Below, piece after piece: positions 48,220 to 57,176 of a DNA stretch of 64,000 nt. Each line of letters begins with the position of its first letter. Position 1 is the stretch's first letter. The stretch is from Gemmatimonadota bacterium (GTDB lineage Bacteria > Latescibacterota > UBA2968 > GCA-2709665): assembly GCA_028873695.1 (NCBI GenBank), contig JAPPNU010000029.1:50383-114382 (forward strand). The letters run 5' to 3'. The notes below the pieces were generated by a model. The model saw only the letters and a program-made list of their open reading frames with translations. It made no database searches and was not told the DNA's origin. Both the position numbers and the translations under genes were made by a program.

Positions 48220-49686
48220 ATGGCAACAAATAGAAGACGTGACTACCTTGTCGGCCTGGTAAGGGAGTTGTGCAATCTGCCATATGAGACCGAGTGGGTC
48301 GAATTCAAGGTCAATCACCGCAAGCCCCAGACCATAGGTGAGTACGTCTCGGCGCTTTCCAACGCGGCAGCCCTGCTCGATAAGGCCCACGGATACATCG
48401 TGTGGGGCATCGAAAATGAAACACACGACGTTGTTGGAACAGAATTCTCGCCGGCCGTCGCAAGGAAGGGCAGCGAGCCACTCGAAACTTGGCTGCTCCA
48501 GCTAACGAAGCCGAGAATCGACTTCTGCTTTTATGAAGTGACGATTGACGAAAAGCGCGTGGTAATCATGGAGATCGATCGTGCCTACCGGCAGCCAGTC
48601 GCCTTCTCGGGCGTCGAGTTTATCCGTATTGGCAGCACAAAGAGAAAACTCAAAGACTATCAGGAAAAGGAACGAGCACTCTGGCGCGTTTTCGACCGGG
48701 TGAGCTTCGAAGATGGCATCGCCGCCGAACGAGTAAGCAAAGATGAGGTTCTGTCATTGCTCGACTACCCGTCGTACTTCGACCTGCTTGAATTGCCGCT
48801 TCCCGATGGTCGTGAAGCCATCCTTAATGCATTGGAGAAAGACCGACTCATCGTCCGCAGCGAAGCAGGCGGCTTCGACGTTACGAACTTAGGCACCATC
48901 CTGTTCGCCAGGGATCTCGGCGAATTCCCAACCCTGAAGCGTAAAGCCATGCGCGTCATACAGTATCGGGGTAAGGGCAAGATAGAAACATTGAGAGAGC
49001 AGGAAGGCGTTCGCGGTTATGCGGTTGGATTCAAAGGGATTGTCGACTACATCATGGCGCTCGTGCCCTCGAACGAAGTGATGCAACAGGCCTTGCGAAG
49101 GTCCGTGCCGATGTTCCCGGATCTGGCTATTCGAGAACTCGTTGCCAACGCGCTCATCCATCAGGACTTTCTCGTCACGGGTGCAGGACCGATGGTAGAG
49201 ATCTTCGATGACCGCATAGAAATCACGAATCCCGGCGAGCCCCTCGTAGATACGCAGCGTTTTTTAGATACACCACCCAGATCCCGCAACGAAACCCTGG
49301 CCTCACTGATGCGCCGGGTTCGCATCTGCGAGGAACGAGGCAGTGGGATCGACAAGGTTGTCACTGAAATTGAGTCATACCATCTGCCAGCGCCGCTTTT
49401 CGAGGTTCCGCCCGGTTCTACCCGCGCGATCCTCTTTGCCCACAAGACCTTGGCTGACATGGACGGAGAGGAGCGGGTGAGAGCCTGCTACCTGCATGCA
49501 TGCCTCAAGTACGTGATGCGAGATTTCCTGACTAATGCGTCACTTCGGGAAAGGTTTGGCATCAAGCAGAACAACAAGGCTGTCGCCTCTCGCCGCATTC
49601 GCGAGGCCATGGACGCCGGCATGATCAAGCCGTTTGACGAGAATGCCTCCCGAAGAATGATGAAATACGTCCCGTACTGGGCTTGA
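48220..49686 (+). CDS. Schlafen/AlbA_2 ('divergent AAA') + HATPase_c_4-type DNA-binding/ATP-binding protein
   Basis: 'YETEWVEFKVNH' is the AlbA_2 hallmark. 'IRELVANALIHQDF' and 'ICEERGSGID' are GHKL-like motifs. The tail is wHTH-like. Confidence 0.8.
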   Translation: MATNRRRDYLVGLVRELCNLPYETEWVEFKVNHRKPQTIGEYVSALSNAAALLDKAHGYIVWGIENETHDVVGTEFSPAVARKGSEPLETWLLQLTKPRIDFCFYEVTIDEKRVVIMEIDRAYRQPVAFSGVEFIRIGSTKRKLKDYQEKERALWRVFDRVSFEDGIAAERVSKDEVLSLLDYPSYFDLLELPLPDGREAILNALEKDRLIVRSEAGGFDVTNLGTILFARDLGEFPTLKRKAMRVIQYRGKGKIETLREQEGVRGYAVGFKGIVDYIMALVPSNEVMQQALRRSVPMFPDLAIRELVANALIHQDFLVTGAGPMVEIFDDRIEITNPGEPLVDTQRFLDTPPRSRNETLASLMRRVRICEERGSGIDKVVTEIESYHLPAPLFEVPPGSTRAILFAHKTLADMDGEERVRACYLHACLKYVMRDFLTNASLRERFGIKQNNKAVASRRIREAMDAGMIKPFDENASRRMMKYVPYWA

Positions 49687-49882
49687 CCCCGTTTGTTGGG
49701 GATTGATCGACGGCCGGATCTCTCGGAAACCGCCAGAAATCGTATCAATTTACGGAAAAATGATCGAACGCATTCGAAAATGGTTGAATGGGCCGACATA
49801 TCTTTCTTTTTCAATAAGTTACGCCACAGAGGAGCAATAGACGGCCAATTGATCATGGAACTCCCGACAGCCGTTGAAATTC

Positions 49883-49932
49883 TATAACTCATTAATTTTA
49901 TTGCATTTGTTTAATTGACGGGTAATTGACTG
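49883..49932 (+). repeat. 50-bp direct repeat, copy 2
   Basis: See 47971-48020. Confidence 0.9.
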
Positions 49933-50048
49933 GAAGTGTCCAATGACCGCCGCCCGCGCCCGAGCCATCTTGTACGTGAGCACGGGCAAAACCGATGTTC
50001 GCGAGGCGGCCGGTCACTCTACCTATATTCCCAAACCCAGCGTAAGCT

Positions 50049-50324
50049 ATGCTTGGCCGACGGACGAAAGTTAGTTTGCAGCCTGGTGTGCTGCAGTGGG
50101 CGCGAGAACCTACCTGCGTCAGCCGCGAAGAACTGGATCGCAAGATGCAGGTCAAAGTCGACCGCGTCGTGGAGTGGGTGGAAACCGGCGCCATCAGCGA
50201 TGTTCAGGCGAACAGCCTCGCCAAACGAACCCACACTCCCACTGATTCGCACATTGTTGCGACATCCCCCTGCGCTCTGATCAAATACAACCCTTTACTT
50301 CACCTGGATTGTTTCCCATATTAG
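50049..50324 (+). CDS. XRE-type HTH protein resembling the N-terminus of ImmA/IrrE-associated regulators (possibly truncated)
   Basis: 'LQPGVLQWAREPTCVSREELDRKMQVKVDRVVEWVETG...SLAKRTHTP'. The C-terminal 25 aa run into the 50291-50323 repeat. Confidence 0.4.
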   Translation: MLGRRTKVSLQPGVLQWAREPTCVSREELDRKMQVKVDRVVEWVETGAISDVQANSLAKRTHTPTDSHIVATSPCALIKYNPLLHLDCFPY

Positions 50325-50496
50325 GCGAAGAACCATGGCCGGCTAAGGCTGTACGCAGCGGCTGGTGTTGTGTCATGGATAATACTGATGAAGCACTGGC
50401 GCACGTCTACGACATCTTCTTCGGTCCGTATCCGCAACTTTGGCCTGCGGCGCGGCGCCGAGGGCAACTATACACCACCTGACAGGAGGTAGAACC

Positions 50497-50817
50497 ATGG
50501 CCAATTACATGTTCCGCACCAGGTACACGCGGTCAGGTCTTGAGGGCCTGCTCAGAGAGGGAGGCACCGGACGGCGGGCGGCTTTGACGCAGACCGTGGA
50601 AGGGATGGGCGGCAAGCTGGAGGGCTTCTACTACGCGATGGGCGATGACGATCTCATTCTGCTCGCAGAGATTCCCGATGAAGCCACTGCTGCGGCGATC
50701 GCCCTCAACATCGCGGCGGCAGGGGCTCTGGAAGTCTCCACGACGGTGCTCGTATCGCCTGAGACCATCGACGAAGCGGTGAACAAGAGCGTGCCATACC
50801 GCCTGCCCGGCGAGTGA
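50497..50817 (+). CDS. GYD-domain protein
   Basis: The ATG at 50497 follows AGGAGG. Contains 'GKLEGFYYAMGDDDLILLAEIPD'. GC-rich, host-like composition. Confidence 0.75.
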   Translation: MANYMFRTRYTRSGLEGLLREGGTGRRAALTQTVEGMGGKLEGFYYAMGDDDLILLAEIPDEATAAAIALNIAAAGALEVSTTVLVSPETIDEAVNKSVPYRLPGE

Positions 50818-50941
50818 TCCGGCAAAGCCTCATGAAAACTGGATAACCGGAAGCCGGCACGGAAATCGTGGAGGCGTCGATGCGTGTCGAACGCCGAACC
50901 GACAACGATCGGTCGATTCACCGGATAGATTTGCCTGTAAG

Positions 50942-50979
50942 GGCCCCTTTTCGCAGCGGAGAAGGGGCCTGTTTCGTTT
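50942..50979 (+). terminator. rho-independent terminator
   Basis: ggcccctt (50942-50949) pairs with aaggggcc (50962-50969), followed by tgtttcgttt. Confidence 0.65.
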
Positions 50980-51010
50980 CCCATCCATAGTAAATCAGGT
51001 GGTTTGATCA

Positions 51011-51154
51011 ATGACAATTCCAGTCAAAGGCCACGTCCGGGACGCGACCTCAGGGACCGGACTCGAAGGTGTCCCCGTTTCCAACTGTGAGCACGTCGTG
51101 CGGACGGATTCGGACGGGCGTTACGCGCTGGAGGTCTCGCCGGGCGGGCGATGA
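51011..51154 (+). pseudogene. 47-codon 5' fragment of a gene encoding a carboxypeptidase-regulatory-like N-domain
   Basis: 'MTIPVKGHVRDATSGTGLEGVPVSNCEHVVRTDSDGRYALEVSPGG'. The fragment is GC-rich and is followed immediately by AT-richer DNA. A diverged second copy lies at 60067. Confidence 0.5.
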
Positions 51155-52172
51155 ATTGCTGGCGAACCGTTACTTGGTGAAGTTTCAGACTCTCTGGTGC
51201 CGTCCCCAGCTTCCAAGCGCCCACATCAAGACGTGGCTCTCCACGGTGAGCAGGTGATTTGGACGTCGGCGTGTAAGTTGCTGAGAACTGGGATTACGCC
51301 ACAGAACAACCGTCGTAAGCCGTACCATTAGGTTAATGCAAGGGAGCCGGACAAAAAATATACGTCTCTGGCCCTGCATCACCGCAATCTGGCAGAGACA
51401 CCGCTGCAGTTGGGTTGAACATCAACAACTTTTTTCGAACCTCGATCCGTTGTCTGTTCGATGCCACCGTAAGAGTTCGCAATTGCGAGTCGAGTACCAA
51501 CTATGCAGCGAACTGCACGACACGGAGCATGTGACTTTGCATGAAGTCGATAGTATGGAGAGCTTCCTGCCAAGCGCAGAACTGCCGTAAGCATCTAATG
51601 CATGCCATGAAATAGTCAAGGTTGGGTACGGAATTTGCGTTAAGTGTTACCTCAACAAGCCACGATCGATGCCGCGGCAGGAAGAAATAGCTGCGGAAAT
51701 TCAGTCATATCTGAGGGAACAGAGGGACAAACGTCAGAGTATCTCGGCGGACGAAGGAACGTCGGCCCTTTATTGAATCCAGAACTTTACAAGGGTACTA
51801 TTTTTTCTCATATTAGAAGCAGGCTTTAGCCGTGTTGTGGTAAGAAAACAGGTTGAGATGCGACCCTTAAAGAGTTTAGACACTCATTCAGAAATTGAAA
51901 ATCCCACTTCGGCTCCAGATTTTCAACCTCGGGACTTGCACGACCACGTATCATGCGGCCAGACGGTAATCGACCCTTCCTTCTCGCTCCTTCAGTAAAA
52001 AAACCCACCTGAAGTGATGAGTGATGGAATCAATCATGCGCGACATGAAGGCCAAGAAGCCGAAATTGGTGACTGAGGACGATTCAGTAGTCGGTGGCCG
52101 CACCGGCATACGGAATTGTAAAGATTACCGTCTAATGGGTAACACAGTTGCAAAGTCTGGATTGGGAACGGC

Positions 52173-53228
52173 ATGAATGCGATAGATTTATTCGCTGGCG
52201 CGGGCGGCATGAGCGTTGGGGCAGTCCAAGCCGGTATTGATGTAAAATTCGCCGTCGAATGCGACAAGTTTGCTGCAGGAGCATATCGTATCAATCATCC
52301 TGGATGCGAAGTTTTCGCCGACGACATACGTAAATTACCTTCCCGAGTGATCGCACAAATTCCGCGTGGCTCCAATGGCACCGTTGTCTTCGGCGGGCCG
52401 CCGTGTCAGGGTTTCTCGTATTCCAATACACGCACGCGCGGGGCGTACAACGAGGACAATTGGTTATTTGAACACTTCGTGCGTGTTGTTAAACTCTGGC
52501 GGCCCGATTTTGTGGTACTCGAAAACGTACGAGGAATCATCGATACGGCCCAAGGTCTAATACTTCATGCCATTATAGATCGATTCGAGCGATTGGGATA
52601 TATACTCACATATGGCATTCTGAACTCGGTCGAGTTTGGCGTACCGCAAAATCGCAAGCGTTTTTTTCTTGTCGGTTCGCGAACAAACAGGTCGGCTGAG
52701 CTACCTCGCCCGGTAGAATCTCGATACACGACTGTCAGGGATGCTATTGGCGATCTGCCAAGTCTGGAAAACGGTGCATCAACGACTTGGCTTTCCTATG
52801 GAGACATCCCGCCTTCCAAATACGCCCGAAATCTACGCGAAAACCTATATGGTTGTTCAAGCCATTTCGTTACAAGAAACAGCGAGACGGTGCTACGTCG
52901 TTACACATTCGTACCTCCAGGTGGTAATTGGGAGGACATACCTCCGAATTTGATGCGTAATTACAAAGACAGAAATAGATGTCACACAGGGATTTATCAT
53001 AGACTTAGGTACGACCATCCGTCGATCGTAATCGGAAATTATCGTAAGAACATGCTCATCCATCCATCAGAGGATCGCGGCCTTTCTGTCCGTGAGGCAG
53101 CACGTATTCAGTCGTTTCCAGATACATACGAATTCGCTGGATCAATTGGCTTTCAGCAGCAACAGGTCGGAAATGCTGTACCCCCGCTACTTGCGAAAGC
53201 AGTATTTGAAAAAATTCGCTGCTGCTAA
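52173..53228 (+). CDS. dcm: DNA (cytosine-5)-methyltransferase
   Basis: Motifs I 'DLFAGAGG', IV 'GGPPCQGFS', VI 'ENV', VIII 'QNRKR', IX 'REAARIQSFPD', X 'GNAVPP'. Confidence 0.95.
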   Translation: MNAIDLFAGAGGMSVGAVQAGIDVKFAVECDKFAAGAYRINHPGCEVFADDIRKLPSRVIAQIPRGSNGTVVFGGPPCQGFSYSNTRTRGAYNEDNWLFEHFVRVVKLWRPDFVVLENVRGIIDTAQGLILHAIIDRFERLGYILTYGILNSVEFGVPQNRKRFFLVGSRTNRSAELPRPVESRYTTVRDAIGDLPSLENGASTTWLSYGDIPPSKYARNLRENLYGCSSHFVTRNSETVLRRYTFVPPGGNWEDIPPNLMRNYKDRNRCHTGIYHRLRYDHPSIVIGNYRKNMLIHPSEDRGLSVREAARIQSFPDTYEFAGSIGFQQQQVGNAVPPLLAKAVFEKIRCC

Positions 53229-53249
53229 TATCGGTCGAACGAATTTCAA

Positions 53250-54278
53250 TTGCTTCAAGTCAAGATCGGAGAAATCGAGAAGGTGTCAAACACAAGCTTT
53301 GACAGACAACTTCGAGACAAAGTCGTAGAGGATTTCGACGGCAACAGCGGAGAGGAACTAGCCAGCGCTTATCACCAAACAAAGTCGATGCTAGAGCAGC
53401 AAATCTACCCCCAAATTCAACGATCGGAACCCGATCTCTCGGATCACGGAACAGAACATATATCGAATGTACAAGAGAACGCAATTGACCTTCTTTCTCA
53501 TGATGGTAGAGTAAGTAACCTATCTGGCATCGAGATGTACTGTCTTGGGATGTTTATTCTCTTTCACGATACGGGTATCGTTTATGGCAGGGAAGGCCAT
53601 CACAAGAATGTCGGGAGAGTGTTTGATAAGATACGTGGAACAGCCGCTTCACTGCTTCGCGAGAAAACACTAGTTGTCCGAGCCACCGGTGCGCATACAG
53701 GCAAAGCGCTGGATGGATCGTACGATACCCTTAAGGAACTTGATGAGAACGACCACCTCAAACGGCGGCGGGTCCGCCTTCGAGAACTGGCAGCGGTGCT
53801 TCGGTTTGCCGATGAGTTGGCGGAGGGTCCTCAACGCACGTCGGAATTCATGCAGGATGAGGGTCTCTATGCACGAGAGTCACGACAATACCATGACAAC
53901 GCGAACATTACGCACATTCGGATTGAACGTGCTACAAACCGAATTGTGATTGATTACGAAATCAAAATCGAAACGGGCCTCCCAAGCGAAGTTCGTCGAT
54001 CAGGTTTAGTAGATCTGTTGGGCATTGTCTATAAGAGGATTCAAAAGCTCAACCAGGAGCGTCAATACGCGCGCTTTTATAGTGAACTCCTTGCACCCTT
54101 CAGATTTACTGAGGTTAAGTTCAACTTTCACTGTGACGGTGAAATCCTAGACACTGACCTCCTGCCGCTTAAACTGACCGATATTGTTGTGCCCGGTGAT
54201 CAGGCAAAAGAAATCCCATCTATAAACCCTGCTTATGCCATTAATGAACTTGCAGATGATATTCTAGCAAGATGTTAG
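53250..54278 (+). CDS. HD-superfamily metal-dependent phosphohydrolase/nuclease-like protein (operon gene 2)
   Basis: 'DHGTEHISNV' (His), 'LFHDTG' (HD) and 'RFADELAEG' (Asp) have H..HD..D spacing. The putative TTG start lies 21 nt after the dcm stop. Confidence 0.6.
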   Translation: MLQVKIGEIEKVSNTSFDRQLRDKVVEDFDGNSGEELASAYHQTKSMLEQQIYPQIQRSEPDLSDHGTEHISNVQENAIDLLSHDGRVSNLSGIEMYCLGMFILFHDTGIVYGREGHHKNVGRVFDKIRGTAASLLREKTLVVRATGAHTGKALDGSYDTLKELDENDHLKRRRVRLRELAAVLRFADELAEGPQRTSEFMQDEGLYARESRQYHDNANITHIRIERATNRIVIDYEIKIETGLPSEVRRSGLVDLLGIVYKRIQKLNQERQYARFYSELLAPFRFTEVKFNFHCDGEILDTDLLPLKLTDIVVPGDQAKEIPSINPAYAINELADDILARC

Positions 54279-54487
54279 CCCCAATTCGAAGAAAACAGCA
54301 ACGCGGCGAAGCGACGAAAATCCCTGAAACGGGGCACAAAAGTCGTTCAAAAGGTCGTTCCTTCAGTTCACGCCCGGTGACATGGTGTATCCTGTGCTCT
54401 TCCGAAGTCAAATCGCCTTTGTCTACTTGCATGTATTCGGTTTTACGTCCCTGAAAAATCACGCGTAATGGTTAGGAGAATTGTAGG

Positions 54488-56233
54488 ATGATTTTAGGAA
54501 GCAATCCGTTTCAGTTTGAAGCCGCAAACAACCTGACGGACGAGATGATTGCGGACTATTATATAGACGACTTCAATTATTCCCGATTCATTCAATCCAA
54601 ACGTAACATATTCTTGGTTGGTGAACGTGGTAGTGGCAAGACAATGGCTTTGTTGTTCAATAGATGGCGACTTCAAAAGCTGATTGCCGAGCGAAACGGA
54701 CAAGATCCATCACTTTCAACGATCGGTGTATATATACCTTGCAACACACCTCTAATTCATAAAGCCGAATATCAACTGCTTGACCCCTTTCTCGGGTCTG
54801 TCCTATCGGAACATTTCTTGGTCTTGTCAATCGTGCATGGCCTGATTGAGACAATTTCTGAAATACCTAATATACTCTTAGACACGGACGAGACAGATCT
54901 ACTCCAAGAAGCCAGTTATGTATTGGGAGCCGAATTGCCAGAGGGTAGAGGTTTTTTTGATGCAGCAAAACAGTTCCTTCAGCGTAGCTTACTGGATACT
55001 CAACGAGCAATCAACAGTGCGGGCCGGGAGACGTTCTATGACAATACATTCTCTTTTGCATCAGCGTTTGTTCCGGTATTAAATATATGTGTCAATAAAA
55101 TCCCACGGCTCGGTGATTCACATTTCCTGCTTTTGATTGATGACGCACACGCATTAAACGAACATCAGCTTCGTGCGCTAAACTCCTGGATAGCGTATCG
55201 TGATCATTCGCGCTTTAGCTTCAAGGTTGCGGTCGCAAAAGTTGGTAACCAAACTAGAGTCACGTCTTCCGGAGGGTCTATCCTTGATGGGCACGACTAC
55301 ACCAAAATCGACTTGGAAGCACCTTTGCAAAACAAAGAGACCAATTTCTATAAACTCGCAGAGAGGTTAATCAAACGTCGACTGGAGAAGATTTCTATAT
55401 CTGCTACTCCTAAGGAGTTTTTCCCAGTCAGCAAAGCCATGGAAAGGGATTTGAAATCATCGGAAATCGTGGTGCGGGAAGAGGCGATTCGTAAATTCGG
55501 CGAGGCTACCGAGTCCTCCAAAGCGGTAGCTGACTACATATATAAATACAAACGGGCGCATTATTTCAAGAATCGTCCATCGAAGGCGAACAGACCACCG
55601 TACTCTGGTTTTGAGACGTTGGTATATTTGTCGACTGGAGTAGTTCGCAATCTATTGGAGCCATGTTATAGGATGTTTGATAGTGCCGTATCGAGAGCTA
55701 GTGATATCAAACGTTCGAAAAGGTCCGGGACCTTTACCATTCCTCCCACAATCCAGACAAATGTCATTCTGGAACTAAGCAAAGACTCGTGGGATCGCCT
55801 GAGGAACAATATAGCTCAGTATATTGAGGACTGCTCTGAGGAAGATGGTCAACGAGCGTTTAAACTCCTTAATGCTCTTGCTGTCCACTTCCGATACCGG
55901 CTCCTGCATCATGAATCGGAACCATGCGCGTTGTCGTTTACAATATCAAGGCGCGAACATCACGCAATGGAACAATTAAGTCGCTTAATCGAAATACTTC
56001 GAAAGGCACAGCTCTTGTACATAACAAGCGGCCCGGCTAAGGACGATGGGCAAATAGAACCCTATTACGTGCCGAATAAAATCCTTTGGCCAATTCGGGG
56101 GTTGGATCCCTACGGACAACATGCAAGGGTCTCAATACCGGCCGAAATCCTTTGGAACGCGGCTGTGAGTGGCGAGATCAAACCGAAGAGCCCACAAGAA
56201 GACCAACAGATGGAGCTCTGGAATGACGAATAG
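54488..56233 (+). CDS. P-loop NTPase (ORC/Cdc6-like or STAND-like AAA ATPase) with long helical C-terminal region (operon gene 3)
   Basis: Walker A 'VGERGSGKT' and Walker B 'HFLLLIDDAH'. AGGAG lies upstream of the ATG. 581 aa. Confidence 0.7.
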   Translation: MILGSNPFQFEAANNLTDEMIADYYIDDFNYSRFIQSKRNIFLVGERGSGKTMALLFNRWRLQKLIAERNGQDPSLSTIGVYIPCNTPLIHKAEYQLLDPFLGSVLSEHFLVLSIVHGLIETISEIPNILLDTDETDLLQEASYVLGAELPEGRGFFDAAKQFLQRSLLDTQRAINSAGRETFYDNTFSFASAFVPVLNICVNKIPRLGDSHFLLLIDDAHALNEHQLRALNSWIAYRDHSRFSFKVAVAKVGNQTRVTSSGGSILDGHDYTKIDLEAPLQNKETNFYKLAERLIKRRLEKISISATPKEFFPVSKAMERDLKSSEIVVREEAIRKFGEATESSKAVADYIYKYKRAHYFKNRPSKANRPPYSGFETLVYLSTGVVRNLLEPCYRMFDSAVSRASDIKRSKRSGTFTIPPTIQTNVILELSKDSWDRLRNNIAQYIEDCSEEDGQRAFKLLNALAVHFRYRLLHHESEPCALSFTISRREHHAMEQLSRLIEILRKAQLLYITSGPAKDDGQIEPYYVPNKILWPIRGLDPYGQHARVSIPAEILWNAAVSGEIKPKSPQEDQQMELWNDE

Positions 56234-57113
56234 CGTACTTCTCATTACCTTCGCGAGTTGGGAAGACCGGTTCAAATTCGGATTCGAACGGAACATGGCT
56301 AATATGCCCTTTCACAAGGCATTGGTGTATTACTTTAGCAACTATAAGGATCGTACGAGAACCCATCGGCTGGAAGTTAAGAAAGCATGCGATAGTGAAC
56401 GTATCGAATATATCCCTGTCGTACTAGACATCAACAATCCTGCGGCAAATTGGCGATCCGTGTTGGAATCTTTCGAACGCTCTATAGAGGAATGTGAATC
56501 TGTCTATATTGACATTTCAACAATGCCCCGAGAGATTACATGGTACATTCTCTGGATGATTGAACAAAATTCGTTGGTAGCAAAATACGTTTATCACAGT
56601 CCCAGTGAATATGGCGACGAATGGTTGAGTCGAGATCCTAGGTCACCGCGGCTCGTCTACAAGCTATCAGGTATCGCGTGGCCCTTAGCGAAGACGGGAC
56701 TGTTAGTTACGGTCGGTTTTGATTCCTCAAGAGCAGAACGACTTATTAGTAGATATGAGCCTTCGAAACTGTTGATTGGTGTACAAACATCCTCCCATTT
56801 TTCCAGAAACGAATCGGAGATGGCAGTATATCAAGATAAGATCGATGAGTATAGCAAGAAATACGACTGTGAGATATTCGAGTTGGATGCGTTTGATGAA
56901 GATCGTGGAATGGTCAAGATTGAAGAAGCATTGAAGCCGCTTGTCAAATCGTTCAACATTCTAATGGGATCTTTAGGGCCAAAACTTACGGCAATATCGT
57001 TGTACAGGCTTCAGAGGAAATGGGATAACATCGGGCTAGTCTATGCCCCTTCCAACCAATTCAATGAGAAATATTCAAGCGGAATAGGGAATTGCTTCGA
57101 AGGTACCATATGA
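56223..57113 (+). CDS. tandem Rossmann-like (Csa3/CARF-like?) protein of unknown function (operon gene 4)
   Basis: The ATG at 56223 overlaps the upstream gene by 11 nt. Two similar half-modules are present: 'VLLITFASWEDRF...VYIDISTMPREITWYIL' and 'GLLVTVGFDSSRAERLI...FNILMGSLGPKLTAISLY'. Confidence 0.55.
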   Translation: MTNSVLLITFASWEDRFKFGFERNMANMPFHKALVYYFSNYKDRTRTHRLEVKKACDSERIEYIPVVLDINNPAANWRSVLESFERSIEECESVYIDISTMPREITWYILWMIEQNSLVAKYVYHSPSEYGDEWLSRDPRSPRLVYKLSGIAWPLAKTGLLVTVGFDSSRAERLISRYEPSKLLIGVQTSSHFSRNESEMAVYQDKIDEYSKKYDCEIFELDAFDEDRGMVKIEEALKPLVKSFNILMGSLGPKLTAISLYRLQRKWDNIGLVYAPSNQFNEKYSSGIGNCFEGTI

Positions 57114-57176
57114 ACCATTTGCTCTGAGAATCACTCACAGATCTTTCGAATACTCCGTGATGAGAGAAGGCTCAAA

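Larger units (their letters stand above)
47150..50330. mobile_element. AT-richer inserted segment (island 1) with no recognisable recombinase
   Basis: Base composition and codon usage change abruptly after the stop at 47147. The segment is bounded by 33-bp imperfect direct repeats at 47257-47289 and 50291-50323 (ccctttac + 10 nt + ttgtttcccatatta). Host-like GC resumes at the GYD gene. Confidence 0.45.

Noticed and set aside
51240-52030. Integrase or recombinase pseudogene at the left edge of the R-M island.
   Set aside because: All six frames give only short ORFs (84 aa or fewer) with no tyrosine- or serine-recombinase or DDE motifs that I can recognise. The region stays unassigned; it contains a 9-bp-stem hairpin at 51895-51926.
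54272-54454. 60-aa ORF in the HD-to-ATPase gap as a fourth small subunit.
   Set aside because: It has no RBS, its composition is Ser/Arg/Lys-rich and it has no motif. It overlaps the end of the HD gene in another frame, so it is more likely non-coding.
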